Source: Candidatus Poribacteria bacterium
GTDB taxonomy: Bacteria; Poribacteria; WGA-4E; WGA-3G
Direction: 5' to 3'
DNA: 64,000 nucleotides
Assembly (NCBI GenBank): GCA_965197475.1
Contig: CBDANF010000003.1
Span: 640,001 to 704,000 of the forward strand
In this document: one piece after another, positions 1 through 11,264 of the stretch
How the letters are laid out: every line of letters starts with the position of its first letter
Position numbering within the stretch: position 1 is the stretch's first letter
Notes under the pieces: model-generated
What the model saw: only the letters and a program-made list of their open reading frames with translations
Databases searched by the model: none
What the model was told of the DNA's origin: nothing
Made by a program: the position numbers and the translations under genes

Positions 1-261
1 CCCACCTCCTAAGGTAACCTTAAGCTTACCTAAAATCCCGCCTTAATAGCTATCTTTCAGCTATTTTCCTAAAAGCATCTCATCTGAACTAAATGTTGTA
101 ACCTCTGATACGTTAGAGTTTACGCAAATATGAAAAAAGAGCGGAAAATAGTATAATATTGGCACACTATCCATTTTTTCCTCTTTTTTTAATTTTTGGC
201 AGAATTATGCACCAGTTTTCCTCCTAACATGCGTCACTATAGAGTGATCGGAGGTAATTCT

Positions 262-570
262 ATGAAAACCACTGATGTTGAGCTCATCAACCGCATTCTC
301 AATGGCGATGATACTGCCTTCACTGAACTTGTGAAAAAGTACCAAAAACCGGTTCACGCGCTTGTGTGGCGTAAAATTGGAGATTTCCACATCTCCGAGG
401 AAATTACACAGGATACATTCCTAAAGGTATATCAAGAATTAGCGACACTGAAGAAGCCGCAGAGTTTTGCAAGTTGGCTTTATGTGATTGCCGCAAACAA
501 TTGTAGTACGTGGCTGCGTAAAAAGCGTGTTTGGACGCATCCGCTGGAAAATACAAACATCTCACACTGA
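262..570 (+). pseudogene. ECF RNA polymerase sigma factor, truncated after region 2
   Basis: GGAGG RBS, then MKTTDVELINRILNGDDTAFTELVKKYQ...EEITQDTFLKVY...FASWLYVIA (sigma70 region 2). It stops before region 4, where IS-like DNA begins. Confidence 0.85.
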
Positions 571-729
571 TATTTCTCAGAATGGTCTTCAACCTAATAA
601 TCATCAATAGAAACAAGGTGTAACGCCATGAAAATGCGTTTTTGCTGTGTCCATTTTCCTTGACTTTTATAGCATGAGAGCCCATCCTAATTACAGTTTC
701 AGACATAAAATGCATTAGGAGGACATCTC

Positions 730-1883
730 ATGCTAACTCAGCTTATCAAATCTATAACCTTTTTTCAACTACTTCTTTCTTCACAGTTTCGCACCTTGAA
801 ACAGGGTCTTGTTCATACCTTAGTGTTTTTGTCAACCTGTCATCTGTTTGGACTTACTAACCCGGATCAAGTGGCGGATGCGCTGTCTATTCCGAAAGCG
901 AGACTATATCGGGCACTGAATACGATGAGTCTTTATCTCTGGCAGCATCTTTTTGTGCGTATCGGGTGTTCTATTGCGTTAGAGGTGCTACAGGAGGCAG
1001 TATCAAAAAGTGCTTCTACCCTATCGCGTCTGTGTATCGTCATCAGTGTGGATGATACCTTTGTTTTCCGTTATGGAGCGGAGCTCTCCTACGTATCTGA
1101 TTGGTGGTCTTCTCAAGCAAATCAGCCGATGAAGGGACAAAATATATTGGGGATCACAATAAAGATTGGAAATCAGATCATTCCGCTGAATATGCGACTG
1201 GTCAGCAAACAAGGCCGCGGGAACACGGATAAACCCTCCTGTGTCATCACTATGTTCAAGGAAGTGGTGTCTTTCTTTGAAGAGACCGGAATAGATATCC
1301 GAAACTATCCGATCACCTTCGATGCGTGGTATGGCAGCCACCACTTGATTGACACCTTGCGAGAAATGGGATTTGAAACGATCCTTGTGCACGGAAAAAG
1401 CAACTATGTGATGACGATTGATGAAAAAAGGGTGAAACTCTCGGAACATAAAAAGTCGATCCAACTCCTCTCCAATCAATGGGGTTGCGATAAACCGGTC
1501 TATCGCACTAAAGCCACAAGTCCAACTTTTGGAAAAGTCGTGGTGTTGTTCTTGGCAGACCGTGGCAACATCCGAACAATGCGGTATTCGGGAAACCGCT
1601 GCGTGCGTGTGAAATCCTACGGATATGGTCTCAACACCACGGTATAGAACAGTATTGGCGGTATCTAAAAACAGACCTAAACCTCGCATCCATGAGCCTA
1701 AAAGGACGGAATGGCGCGTATGCGAACTTAGGTGTGAAAGTGATGAGCTACCTTTTGATACAGCAGGTCAGTCGCTCCGTGCGAAAAACCTTTCATCAAG
1801 GACAACTTGAACTTTCAGGACAGAGGCAGATGCTGTCTGATCTCAGCGAGCATTTTCATGAACAAATACCAAGAAAACATTGA
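730..1883 (+). pseudogene. IS701/IS4-like DDE transposase, frameshifted near 1580
   Basis: ISVDDT and ITFDAWY motifs in ORF 730-1647. The alternative frame continues VFGKPLRACEILRIWSQHHGIEQYWRYLKTDL into ORF 1692-1883. Confidence 0.75.
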
Positions 1884-1907
1884 TAAACATTGACATATGA
1901 AGAATTG

Positions 1908-2891
1908 GCTCATGTAAAAAGTAAGTGCTATTTTTTCAAAGTTATGTTAGAGTGTTACCTATGGACTTTCCAATACAATCTCTCCTGGATGAAGAAAAAA
2001 CTCAAGCGTGGGTGTTGGATCATTTCCACCTTCAAGGGCTGTGTTGCCCAAAATGCCAAGCGAGCGTGGCGGAGGCACGCAAGTTCCGTCCGACTGAAAC
2101 AAGTGGTCTACAAGTGTATCGCTGCAAACACTGTGAGAGCATCTACAACCTCTATACCGGGACGGTCTTTGCTGGCACGCAGTTTCGTCCCTCACAGGTC
2201 GTTCTGCTTTTGCGCGGTGTCTGTCAAGGTGTTTCAAGTGCACAACTCGGGTGTGAACTGGGTCTAAGTCGTCAAACCGTTCTTTCTATAAGACGTAAAC
2301 TCCAAACTTCGGCAGAGCAGATACAACCCGAAGCTGCTTTACCTGATGCTGAAGTCGAAACAGATGAGATGTTTCAAAACGCCGGTGAAAAAGGCGATAA
2401 GCACGTTGATGCTTCGGATCCGCCGCGTCGGCGTGGCAATAAACGCAGGGGACATGGGACTTATGACAATGATCGTCCGCCTATTGTTGGGACGAAAGGT
2501 CGCGAAAGCGGTCTCCTGAGATTACGTGTTGTGCGGCACACCGATTCTGCGACGCTTTCAACACACGTTCATCAGTGGACGTTGCCGACTTCAACGGTGT
2601 ATACGGATGGTTGGCGTGGCTATAACCGTATTCAGCGCGCCCGTGAGATTGTTCTCCATAAGGATGGCGAGTGGGCAAGAGACGCAGACGGTGATGGTCT
2701 TTACGAGATCCATACAAGGACGATTGAAGGTGCCTGGACGACGCTGCGAAACTTCCTTCGTCCCTTTCGTGGCGTTCATAAAAAGTTCCTCGCCGGTTAC
2801 GTCGCAATCTGTGAGTTCGTCATGAATCTAAAAGCTGTCAGTGTTGATTTTATAGCAAAACTCGTCAAAAGCACTTACTCTTGACATGAGC
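1908..2891 (+). mobile_element. IS1595-family insertion sequence
   Basis: 22-bp imperfect terminal IRs: gctcatgtaaaaagtaagtgct (1908) and agcacttactcttgacatgagc (ends 2891), 2 mismatches. No target duplication visible. Confidence 0.85.
1961..2884 (+). CDS. IS1595-family transposase
   Basis: N-terminal Zn ribbon (CPKC...CKHC), HTH, and VETDE / YTDGWRGY / TIEGAW catalytic motifs. Confidence 0.9.
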   Translation: MDFPIQSLLDEEKTQAWVLDHFHLQGLCCPKCQASVAEARKFRPTETSGLQVYRCKHCESIYNLYTGTVFAGTQFRPSQVVLLLRGVCQGVSSAQLGCELGLSRQTVLSIRRKLQTSAEQIQPEAALPDAEVETDEMFQNAGEKGDKHVDASDPPRRRGNKRRGHGTYDNDRPPIVGTKGRESGLLRLRVVRHTDSATLSTHVHQWTLPTSTVYTDGWRGYNRIQRAREIVLHKDGEWARDADGDGLYEIHTRTIEGAWTTLRNFLRPFRGVHKKFLAGYVAICEFVMNLKAVSVDFIAKLVKSTYS

Positions 2892-3043
2892 GAGCCCGAT
2901 TTATGTGGATAGTAGACGTACAGGACCCTGATTCCTCCATTCAAAAACCGAAAACTGAATGCCTCTGCGGGTTAAGGTTTAGGGTGTAAATTTCAACCTA
3001 AGTCCTGTCTATACGTCTATTTTGCAAAATCTGGAGCACAAAA

Positions 3044-4117
3044 ATGCAAAAACTACTTAATCAGATTGCAGCACATTTTCAAATTAATCCGACTGATATT
3101 TCAATTGGAAAGATTCTACACGGGAAACGAGAAAAGCAGAACGTCTACCGCTTGATTATCAGAGCGAAAAGTTACCTGCTCAAACAGTACGAAATTACTG
3201 TCCCTGTGACCGAATCAGGTTTCACACCATTTCAAATAGAGAAGTTCACATTATCAACACTCTACAAGGGTGGGTGTCTTGTACCGCAGGTGGTGTGGGA
3301 ATCTGAACAACATCATGCATTATTACTCAATTGGTGTGGAGATGAGACTCTCGATTCCTTAGCACAGAGCAGTTCGGATTCAAGCCTTATGCCTATTCTA
3401 CATACTATTTTGATGCAATTGTGCAGACTTGAAGCCTTTTTTACGGAAAATAGAGCGCAATTCAGACCTTATGTTTTTCATTCTGAAATCAAAAAGACCT
3501 TACAACAGCTACTTGAACAAGGCAGAAAAACAGTCGGTTACTTGGAACATTTGAGTAGGACATCGCTCGCCTCATCACAAGCAGTGCAGCTTGATGCAGC
3601 ATGGCATTCCCTTTCTAATCAACTTATAGCGGCGCAGCCAACTTTGGGCGTTCTTGACTACCAAGCACGCAATATCATAATTGACGATGAACTTCCTTAT
3701 TTTATCGATTTTGCAAGCATTGGTTGGGATTGGCAGGAACGGAGGTTGGTGCAATTTTTTAATAGCATTGGTGCCTCCCAAAAAGATGCTAACTTTGTTT
3801 CTCTGTTGAACCGTGAATTAGTTGATGTGTACGCAAGTTGGGTAGCTAACCATCGCGAAAGGTGTTCCACTGCTGATATTGCAGCGCGTGTAGATGGACA
3901 CCATCTGCTTTTTTATCTCTCTGTTATCTATAAACTTTTGGAAGCAGTGGCAAGACCTGAAACGTCTGAAAACCAGATTCTGCTACAAGCATGGGGAGAT
4001 GTACGGTTGAGATTCCAACGTGCGATTTCGCTGATTGTTAACTCAAATTTGAGTGACGATGTATCCACGGCCCAAATCCGTGAAATAATCGGGAAATTTC
4101 AGGCTGAAATTTCTTAG
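3044..4117 (+). CDS. APH/choline-kinase-like phosphotransferase
   Basis: 357-aa ORF with GGAG RBS; DYQARNIII and FIDF kinase-like motifs. Confidence 0.65.
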   Translation: MQKLLNQIAAHFQINPTDISIGKILHGKREKQNVYRLIIRAKSYLLKQYEITVPVTESGFTPFQIEKFTLSTLYKGGCLVPQVVWESEQHHALLLNWCGDETLDSLAQSSSDSSLMPILHTILMQLCRLEAFFTENRAQFRPYVFHSEIKKTLQQLLEQGRKTVGYLEHLSRTSLASSQAVQLDAAWHSLSNQLIAAQPTLGVLDYQARNIIIDDELPYFIDFASIGWDWQERRLVQFFNSIGASQKDANFVSLLNRELVDVYASWVANHRERCSTADIAARVDGHHLLFYLSVIYKLLEAVARPETSENQILLQAWGDVRLRFQRAISLIVNSNLSDDVSTAQIREIIGKFQAEIS

Positions 4118-4175
4118 TATGGCATTTCGATTCTCATCCTGCTGTCTGAAAGTCGGAGTCATTAGAAATAGCAGG

Positions 4176-4586
4176 CTATTCTTCAGTGATAATTGTTTCT
4201 TCAAGTTCTGTCAAAAACTGCTCTACTTCCGGGGTTGACGGCTTAATTTCTTCCGTGGATAATCCTGGGTTATGAAATTTAGTTTGATATGAATTGAGTA
4301 ACTCATAGAGAGATTTTAGGTCAATTTGTCGATTGTTAATAGCATCGTGAACGTTCTGAAATTGATCCTCTACTTTTTCTTGTGGGATACCATCAGGACG
4401 GTTTGTTATGAGAAGTTTTTCAGTACCCTGTAAGGCACGGGCAGCCATCCAGTACCTGAAACCTTCAGCACCTCCGACTCGGTTGTAAACAAATACACCG
4501 ATACCAATACTCACAATGAGAATCGAAAGGAGAAAAATGAGTACCCGCCTGTAACAACCGCTAATCTTTTGTGCTATGAGTGACAT
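4176..4586 (-). CDS. hypothetical membrane-anchored protein
   Basis: GAGGGG RBS; single N-terminal hydrophobic helix. Confidence 0.7.
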   Translation of the reverse strand: MSLIAQKISGCYRRVLIFLLSILIVSIGIGVFVYNRVGGAEGFRYWMAARALQGTEKLLITNRPDGIPQEKVEDQFQNVHDAINNRQIDLKSLYELLNSYQTKFHNPGLSTEEIKPSTPEVEQFLTELEETIITEE

Positions 4587-4669
4587 CTATCGTATTTTCC
4601 CCTCACTTCTATTTTTTAAGTTGACGTTTCAAATGAGTCTAAATCTTTAATTTCTCTATGAAAACTCAG

Positions 4670-5350
4670 TTATACACCGCGTTTTTCGCCCCAGATATCA
4701 ACATGCACGCGCGGTGAATAGCGATATCCATTTTCTTTGCAGAGTTCAACTAACCATTCCTGTTTCTGATGTAGCATCTCTGGAGTTTTGCCTTGAGGCA
4801 TCAACATAATCGTTTCAGGTGGAATGCCAATGTCTTCCTGCAAGGCTTGAATTTCCGCGAGATCGTCCGGCGTATCTACGACAAATTTTACTTGACACGT
4901 ATAAGTGTCCAAAAACTTTCGAATAACTTCGGGACAGATACGTTCCCGTTCGTGTCGTTTGAAAAAACGATTGGCTGAAGGTGGGTTGGAATTACGCAGC
5001 TTTGGACTCATCGAAATCAGGTGTGCTGCAACTTCTGCGAATAGGGTTGCATTCGTTTCAATTGTGATGTGGTGTCCCTGTTTATCTAACTCGCCACACA
5101 GTTCTATCAAGTCTTTAGTTTGGATAAATGGTTCCCCGCCAGTGATGACGACATGTTTACATCCGAATTGTGTAATTGCTGCAACGCTTTCGGCAACAGT
5201 AATATCTCTATTTTCTGGTTCCCAAGATGTGTAGGGTGTGTCACACCAAGTACATCTTAGATTGCAGTAACTTGTTCGAAAGAAAACAGATGGAACTCCT
5301 ATAAGCTGCCCTTCTCCCTGAATTGTGTGGAACAGTTCACTATATTTCAT
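4670..5350 (-). CDS. queE: 7-carboxy-7-deazaguanine synthase (radical SAM)
   Basis: ELFHTIQGEG, CNLRCTWCDTPY, VITGGEP, IETN, SPK and RVH motifs. Confidence 0.9.
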   Translation of the reverse strand: MKYSELFHTIQGEGQLIGVPSVFFRTSYCNLRCTWCDTPYTSWEPENRDITVAESVAAITQFGCKHVVITGGEPFIQTKDLIELCGELDKQGHHITIETNATLFAEVAAHLISMSPKLRNSNPPSANRFFKRHERERICPEVIRKFLDTYTCQVKFVVDTPDDLAEIQALQEDIGIPPETIMLMPQGKTPEMLHQKQEWLVELCKENGYRYSPRVHVDIWGEKRGV

Positions 5351-5406
5351 AGGATATCTCGCTGTTACAATCAGGAACAAGGAGACACATTAATTCTCAA
5401 AAGCAC

Positions 5407-5778
5407 TTAAGCCTCAATGAGTTCAATCTGAACGTTATCCGGTCCCTTGAAAAATGCCATCATGAGTCCGGCAGGTTTTAGGTCTTCAAGTTCAGCACCT
5501 TTTGCCTGTAGTTCTGCCACAGCAGCGTCAAGGTCTTCTACAGTAAAGGCAAGTTGATAAACGCCCCAGCGGGGGTTGCCGCTCGTCGGTTCAACATCCA
5601 TATCACTAAATTTAGGTGAGAGGAAAATTCGTTCACCACCGATTTCCATCCGTACAATTTTCAATCCTCTGACTTCAACGGTATCGGTGACCTGCCCGTC
5701 AAACATCTTTTCATAATATTCGATTGCACCTTCAAGGTCTTCACATCTGAGATGGATATGATGAAATGTATACGCCAT
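5407..5778 (-). CDS. VOC/glyoxalase family protein
   Basis: HHIHL...AIEYY, LAFTVEDLD, FFKGPDNVQIELI. Confidence 0.9.
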   Translation of the reverse strand: MAYTFHHIHLRCEDLEGAIEYYEKMFDGQVTDTVEVRGLKIVRMEIGGERIFLSPKFSDMDVEPTSGNPRWGVYQLAFTVEDLDAAVAELQAKGAELEDLKPAGLMMAFFKGPDNVQIELIEA

Positions 5779-5939
5779 AAAAAACTCCTTATGTAAAAAT
5801 TACTAATATGGTTTTGGTAAACTGCTTAATTTTGTCAAAATGTTTCTAAAGTTTAGGCACAATAAGCACCTTTGACAAAACGTCTGAATGCTGTTATTAT
5901 ACCAAAAACTTTTTATGAAGTCAAGAGAGAAGGTATTTT

Positions 5940-8171
5940 ATGTCGTTAGAGGAATATACCACGTTTCACTCCGAACATCTTGATTTGTTGGCGACAGAAC
6001 TCGCAAAACGAGAAATACCAGTCATTAATCAATTCGAGCCGATAGCTGATTTTGAAGAACTTTTCACCTTTTCTCAAGCACATCCTACACCAATTGAATT
6101 TGCTGAGCAACAGCCAGCATGGCGGCTTGAATCAGTCGCAGCACGCGTAATTGAAGTGCTCGGTATTGCAGTGCATGAAACTCTTGGCAAAGCAGAATGG
6201 GAAACGTTAGCCCAAATACTTTTAGAACATGCGGAATATCTCTATACGTATCCGGAAGCACCCACAGCACGTGAAAAATTGGCGGCTGGTAGTGCATTGG
6301 CATTAGCAAGTAGCGTTTGTGCTACGATGCCGCAAGCCGAGCTTTGGCGACTCGCTGGATTTGGACGAATTGCTGCAACTCTCCGTGAAATAGCCCCCAC
6401 ATCATCAGATACGCATATAATTCAGCCGCTTGAAGCCGCATTTTTGCTCGCAAATGCGCTAAACTTTCCAATTTTGGATTCCGCAATTGAATGCTATAAC
6501 ACGGTTCTAAACCGTCGTTTTACAGCTAAAAACAGATTAAGGTTTCCGTTAAGCGATAAAGAATTCTTTTACTATCTCAATTTGGAATTTAGAGGATTGG
6601 AAGCTGTTAAATCTGCTGTTTTAGACGGTGACATCGCGGATGCAGTGTCCGAATATACAATCTATCGCAAGGAGTACTTAAAGAATTTTAAAGATATTTC
6701 GCATTTAGAAAGGATAGATACCTTTAGCACGATCAAATTGTATTTTGACTGCTTGCTAAAATTGTCCATTTATCCAACACCTCCGATTTCGCCAACTACG
6801 GAAATCGGTATTGCAGCACTTCTCTATCCAGAATTTCGTATCAGTCAGCAACTTCTTGTGCTGGCATCTCGCCGCTACAAGTGGATAGTTGATGCTTTTT
6901 TCTATCCGGATGGTTTTCATAGAGATACGTCGCTACGTTCTCAAGTAGAAGCTATTACAGATTTTTCCAGATTTCTGCATATTTATGACAAGGTAAAGCA
7001 TCTCTACTGCTTTGCGTGTGCTGAAGAGATGAAAACGTTATTGGAGAAGCAGTTAGAAGCATGCATCTATATTTGTCAACCAGATTTGTCTTTTCCACCT
7101 TTCGGTGCTAATCCTGTTCCAGATAGTTTAGATGCTGTTGAAGTGTGTAATATCGGGAATATTGGTAACTTTAATCGGAAAGATTTTCAATACATCAGTT
7201 CTATGAGAAATAAGGGTAGTAAACCTCCGGCATTATCGCACGCGCTACCTTATATTGGCTACTATGTAATGCGAGATAGTTGGGAATCTGATGCACAATA
7301 CCTCTGTTTTGATAGTGGACCGTTAGGAAAACTGGGTTATGAAGACAAGTTGAGTTTTGTGTTGTACGCTCATGGACGACAACTTATCACACACAACCGT
7401 AGAAATGGATTTGGAAATTCATACCGCACAACAAGCGAAGCACACAACGTTGTTCTGATTCACGGGAAAAGGCAACTAACTGCACCGGAAATTGTTCCGG
7501 ACCCTGATACTCAATGGATTACGACCTCTGCATTTGATTTCGTAGAGGGGTGGTATAAGGCACTTGATTTCCATCATAAACGATCCATTTTTTATGTTAA
7601 AGGGGAATACTTTATTTTGCATGACGTCGTTATCGGGGACGGAGAACATGTGCTGGAACAAATTTTTCATCTCGGCTCATGTGGTGAGCAAATTACCGAC
7701 CGACATATTGTGTCAAATACTGGACAAGTTTGCACGCGGGAAGTTGGACACAGTAATATTTTTATTGGTGCTGTTGATGCGACTAACCTTGTCGCTAAAT
7801 TGGATGGTAATCGGCTTGCTTACCATGCCCAGCGTGAATTGCCTGCAGTATTCAATGTGGTACTGTTTCCGATGAAACCCCACGTGGAAAACCTTCCTAC
7901 AGTTCGCTCAGTTTCTGTCAATGCGGATGCGGATGTATTAGCTACCGGTTTCACGGTAAAATCTAACGGCGTAACAGATACATTTCTGATCTCTGACGAT
8001 GGTTTTGCATCAATGTCAACTTCGGAGACAGAGGAAAAAATTGAATTTGAGGGTGAATATCTGTTTTTGCGTGGCGATAAATTCGTGATGCTTAACGGGA
8101 AATACCTTAAAGTAGGCACAAAAGTGCTTACCGAGTTAGATGAACCACAAGAACGTTATGTGAGTATGTAG
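5940..8171 (+). CDS. heparinase II/III-like protein
   Basis: GYYVMRDSW, DKLSFVLYAHG, SEAHNVVLI and HKRSIFYVKGEYFILHD blocks typical of the heparinase II/III C-terminal part. Confidence 0.7.
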   Translation: MSLEEYTTFHSEHLDLLATELAKREIPVINQFEPIADFEELFTFSQAHPTPIEFAEQQPAWRLESVAARVIEVLGIAVHETLGKAEWETLAQILLEHAEYLYTYPEAPTAREKLAAGSALALASSVCATMPQAELWRLAGFGRIAATLREIAPTSSDTHIIQPLEAAFLLANALNFPILDSAIECYNTVLNRRFTAKNRLRFPLSDKEFFYYLNLEFRGLEAVKSAVLDGDIADAVSEYTIYRKEYLKNFKDISHLERIDTFSTIKLYFDCLLKLSIYPTPPISPTTEIGIAALLYPEFRISQQLLVLASRRYKWIVDAFFYPDGFHRDTSLRSQVEAITDFSRFLHIYDKVKHLYCFACAEEMKTLLEKQLEACIYICQPDLSFPPFGANPVPDSLDAVEVCNIGNIGNFNRKDFQYISSMRNKGSKPPALSHALPYIGYYVMRDSWESDAQYLCFDSGPLGKLGYEDKLSFVLYAHGRQLITHNRRNGFGNSYRTTSEAHNVVLIHGKRQLTAPEIVPDPDTQWITTSAFDFVEGWYKALDFHHKRSIFYVKGEYFILHDVVIGDGEHVLEQIFHLGSCGEQITDRHIVSNTGQVCTREVGHSNIFIGAVDATNLVAKLDGNRLAYHAQRELPAVFNVVLFPMKPHVENLPTVRSVSVNADADVLATGFTVKSNGVTDTFLISDDGFASMSTSETEEKIEFEGEYLFLRGDKFVMLNGKYLKVGTKVLTELDEPQERYVSM

Positions 8172-8334
8172 GACGGGTATAGGATTATTTTGTTTTAGGT
8201 TTTCCCATCATAGTTAGGAGATCGCGCCTTAATATTGAAAACTAAATGACAAATGACCCTAATTGGTTGAGAACAGTTTTGAAATCTGCTATATTATTTT
8301 GCACGAAACTTGTTGTATCCGGAGGTGAAGAATA

Positions 8335-8995
8335 ATGCGCTTTTTACGAAACATCGTTACTTGGATTGCTTCATTAGAATCCGGAGAGACTTTTCAAATT
8401 AGAATCCGGAGAGACTTTTCAAAAATGGATTCCAATTTTCCTTAAGATATTGGGTGTGCTTGCTTTGGCGTATACTGTCGTGTGGGGTATTGCCATTGGC
8501 GGAGGGATAGTAATAGGAAGGGACAGTATCCGAATATTTTCACTGACGCTTCTCATTCCTGGGGCAATTCTGGCAGTATTTCTCAACATTACGATCGGAA
8601 CAGTCCTCATTATGCTGTTTTGGAACAGATCCAATAAAATCAACACCCTTCATGATGAATCTGATTTCACGTTATTAAAAATTGCGGTTATTCTAATCAG
8701 ACTGTTTGGCGAAGTTACGTTTATCGTATCAATTGGCATAGGTTTTCTCGCGTTGATAGCTTCGATCTTTGGAATTGATATCCCAAGTTTTTTCAATTTC
8801 TTTTATTTTCCGAGTGGTCTTGAGATTTCTATTGGAACGGTCTCAGTAATTGTTTTCCTTATATATGGTATAATTGCATTGATTTTCAGTTATATTATTG
8901 CTGCGTTGCTCAATCTGATCGTGCGGATGGCGACAGATCTCAGGAAAATTGAGACTAAAAGGCATCATGGAGAAGATGACTCTGATTTACAATAG
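8335..8995 (+). pseudogene. multi-pass membrane protein frameshifted by a 25-bp tandem duplication
   Basis: GGAGG RBS and ATG at 8335. attagaatccggagagacttttcaa is repeated at 8373-8397 and 8398-8422; removing one copy joins the ATG in frame to ORF 8450-8995. Confidence 0.8.
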
Positions 8996-9215
8996 CTTGC
9001 TTAGTCCTTTCCTCTAAACGAGGAGCAGTCGTTGGTCAAGGCATAAGTAATAGAAAAACCAATATTTTCATAATTAAGGGTGCGAATTCTGGCTGTATAT
9101 TCAGGATTGAAAGCACTAGAGTGGGCTACGGTGATGCAAAATACGTAGTACCGATGAATAAACTTAAAATTCATTTCTGGTTACCTCAACGAAGTTTCTT
9201 ATGGAGGAATAAATA

Positions 9216-11231
9216 ATGGATGAACAACGTCACGAACTCGCTCACGTTTTTGCTGAGCCTTCACAGACTGTTAACGATGCAAGAGGTACTGCCTCACGCG
9301 ACGCCAATACACCGTATACCTTTCCAAACTACACAAAAGCGGAGTGGACAGAAAAAGCTGACGCATTACGTCAGCAGATTCGGGTGGCAACCGGCTTAGT
9401 CCCGACACATGAACAGACACCACTAAACGCCAAAATCTTTGGAAAAATTGAACGAGAAGATTATACAGTTGAAAAAGTCTATTTTGAACCTTTCCCAGGC
9501 TTCTTTACTACAGGAAATCTCTACCGTCCAAAAGGGAAAACCGGTCCGTTCCCGGGAATTGTAACCCCACATGGACATTGGGGACGTGGACGTTTAGAAG
9601 ACATTGAGCGCGGTTCGATTCCTGCTCGGTGCATAAACTTCGCTAAACAGGGATATATTGTCTTTTCCTACGATATGATTGGTACAAATGATAGTGGTAA
9701 ACAGATTGAACATTACTACGGAAGGGAGCGGGAGGCTCTCTGGGGGTTGAGTGGGATGGGACTCCAACTTCAGAATGGCATTCACTCCATAGACTTTTTA
9801 GAAAGCCTACCGGATGTAGATAAGGAACGCATCGGTTGCACAGGCGCGTCGGGTGGGGGAACACAAACCTTTATCTTAACCGCAGTTGATGAACGCATCA
9901 AGGTCTCTGCACCTGTCAACATGATTTCTGCGACGATGCAGGGCGGTTGTCGATGTGAAAACGCTCCGAATTTACGGTTGGATGCAAGTAACCTTGAGAT
10001 TGCAGCATTGATGGCACCGCGTCCGCTGCTGCTTGTTTCAGCGACAGGCGATTGGACAGTCAATACACCAACGGTTGAATACCCCGCAATCCGAAGCGTT
10101 TATGCACATTTTGATGCGGAAGACAAGGTGCATCAGGTTCAGGTGGATGCGGAGCATAACTACAATAAAGAGAGCCGCGAGGCGGTATACGCATGGTTCG
10201 CGAAGTGGTTGTTAGAAGTAGAGGACACCTCCGCATTCAAAGAGGTGCCGTATCAGGTTGAATCAGATGAAGTCTTGTTAGTGTTCTCTGATCGTGATAT
10301 GCCTAAGCATGCGCTGAAACAAGAGGAAATTCTGCCTGCTTGGGTTAAAAGTTCTCAAGAAACGATTGAAAAATATAAACCGACGAATGAAAGTGAGCAT
10401 GAGAAGTTTAAGGAGAAGATGGGAAGTGCGTTACAACATGCCCTCGGATTGCATATACCAAACAGTAGTGAGGTGACGCTTGCTGAACCAGAAGGTGCTT
10501 TTCCAACGACATATCATCCTAACTATTCTGCGCGTCACCTTGTCATCAATAGAAAGGGTATCGGAGATGCTATCCCGGCAATCCTATTTCGCTCAGAACC
10601 GCTGGTAGGACATGACCCTGTAGTTGTCATTGTGCATCCAGAAGGTAAAGAGAAGTTAATTGATTCGGAAACAGGTGAACCTTTGCCAATTATCACCGAC
10701 CTTGTGAGTTCTATTCCTGATCATAAAATCCTCATTATTGATGTCTTTGGAACGGGAGAACATGGGGAGTACCAAAGATCGGAGGATACAAACTATTTTA
10801 CCACCTACAACCGAACAACTGCGGCATTACGTGTGCAGGACATATTGACTACATTGCTCTATTTCTCAACCAGAGGTGATGTTTCGGAGGTTAGCCTCAT
10901 CGGAATAGGCGAAGCAGGTTTGTGGGGATTGCTTGCAGCGGGATTCGCGAATATCAAAAACGTAGTTGTGGATACAGCACATTTTGATAACGGTAATGAT
11001 GATGCCTATTTGGAAACTTTACCGATTCCGAGTCTACGCAAAATAGGTGATTTTCGCACGGCGGGGACACTTGTAGCACCACGAAATCTAATTATTCACA
11101 ATACGGGTGATGTCTTTAACACAGCGTGGATTGAGAAGGTGTATCGGAATGTCGGTGCAGGACAACATCTGCTTGTGAGAAACGAAATTATGTCAGATGC
11201 AGAAATAGCAGGAAGAATAGCTGAGTTATAG
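9216..11231 (+). CDS. alpha/beta-hydrolase (acetylxylan esterase-like), two-domain
   Basis: PHGH, GCTGASGGG nucleophile elbow, IAALMAPRPLL, EHNYN; degenerate second hydrolase domain. Confidence 0.8.
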   Translation: MDEQRHELAHVFAEPSQTVNDARGTASRDANTPYTFPNYTKAEWTEKADALRQQIRVATGLVPTHEQTPLNAKIFGKIEREDYTVEKVYFEPFPGFFTTGNLYRPKGKTGPFPGIVTPHGHWGRGRLEDIERGSIPARCINFAKQGYIVFSYDMIGTNDSGKQIEHYYGREREALWGLSGMGLQLQNGIHSIDFLESLPDVDKERIGCTGASGGGTQTFILTAVDERIKVSAPVNMISATMQGGCRCENAPNLRLDASNLEIAALMAPRPLLLVSATGDWTVNTPTVEYPAIRSVYAHFDAEDKVHQVQVDAEHNYNKESREAVYAWFAKWLLEVEDTSAFKEVPYQVESDEVLLVFSDRDMPKHALKQEEILPAWVKSSQETIEKYKPTNESEHEKFKEKMGSALQHALGLHIPNSSEVTLAEPEGAFPTTYHPNYSARHLVINRKGIGDAIPAILFRSEPLVGHDPVVVIVHPEGKEKLIDSETGEPLPIITDLVSSIPDHKILIIDVFGTGEHGEYQRSEDTNYFTTYNRTTAALRVQDILTTLLYFSTRGDVSEVSLIGIGEAGLWGLLAAGFANIKNVVVDTAHFDNGNDDAYLETLPIPSLRKIGDFRTAGTLVAPRNLIIHNTGDVFNTAWIEKVYRNVGAGQHLLVRNEIMSDAEIAGRIAEL

Positions 11232-11264
11232 TAAAATCTAAAAACAAAATGTTAACGATCCTCG

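Noticed and set aside
4670-5350. queE as part of a 7-deazaguanine DNA-modification (dpd) island
   Set aside because: No dpdA, queC, queD or folE neighbours; ordinary queuosine synthesis is the simpler reading.
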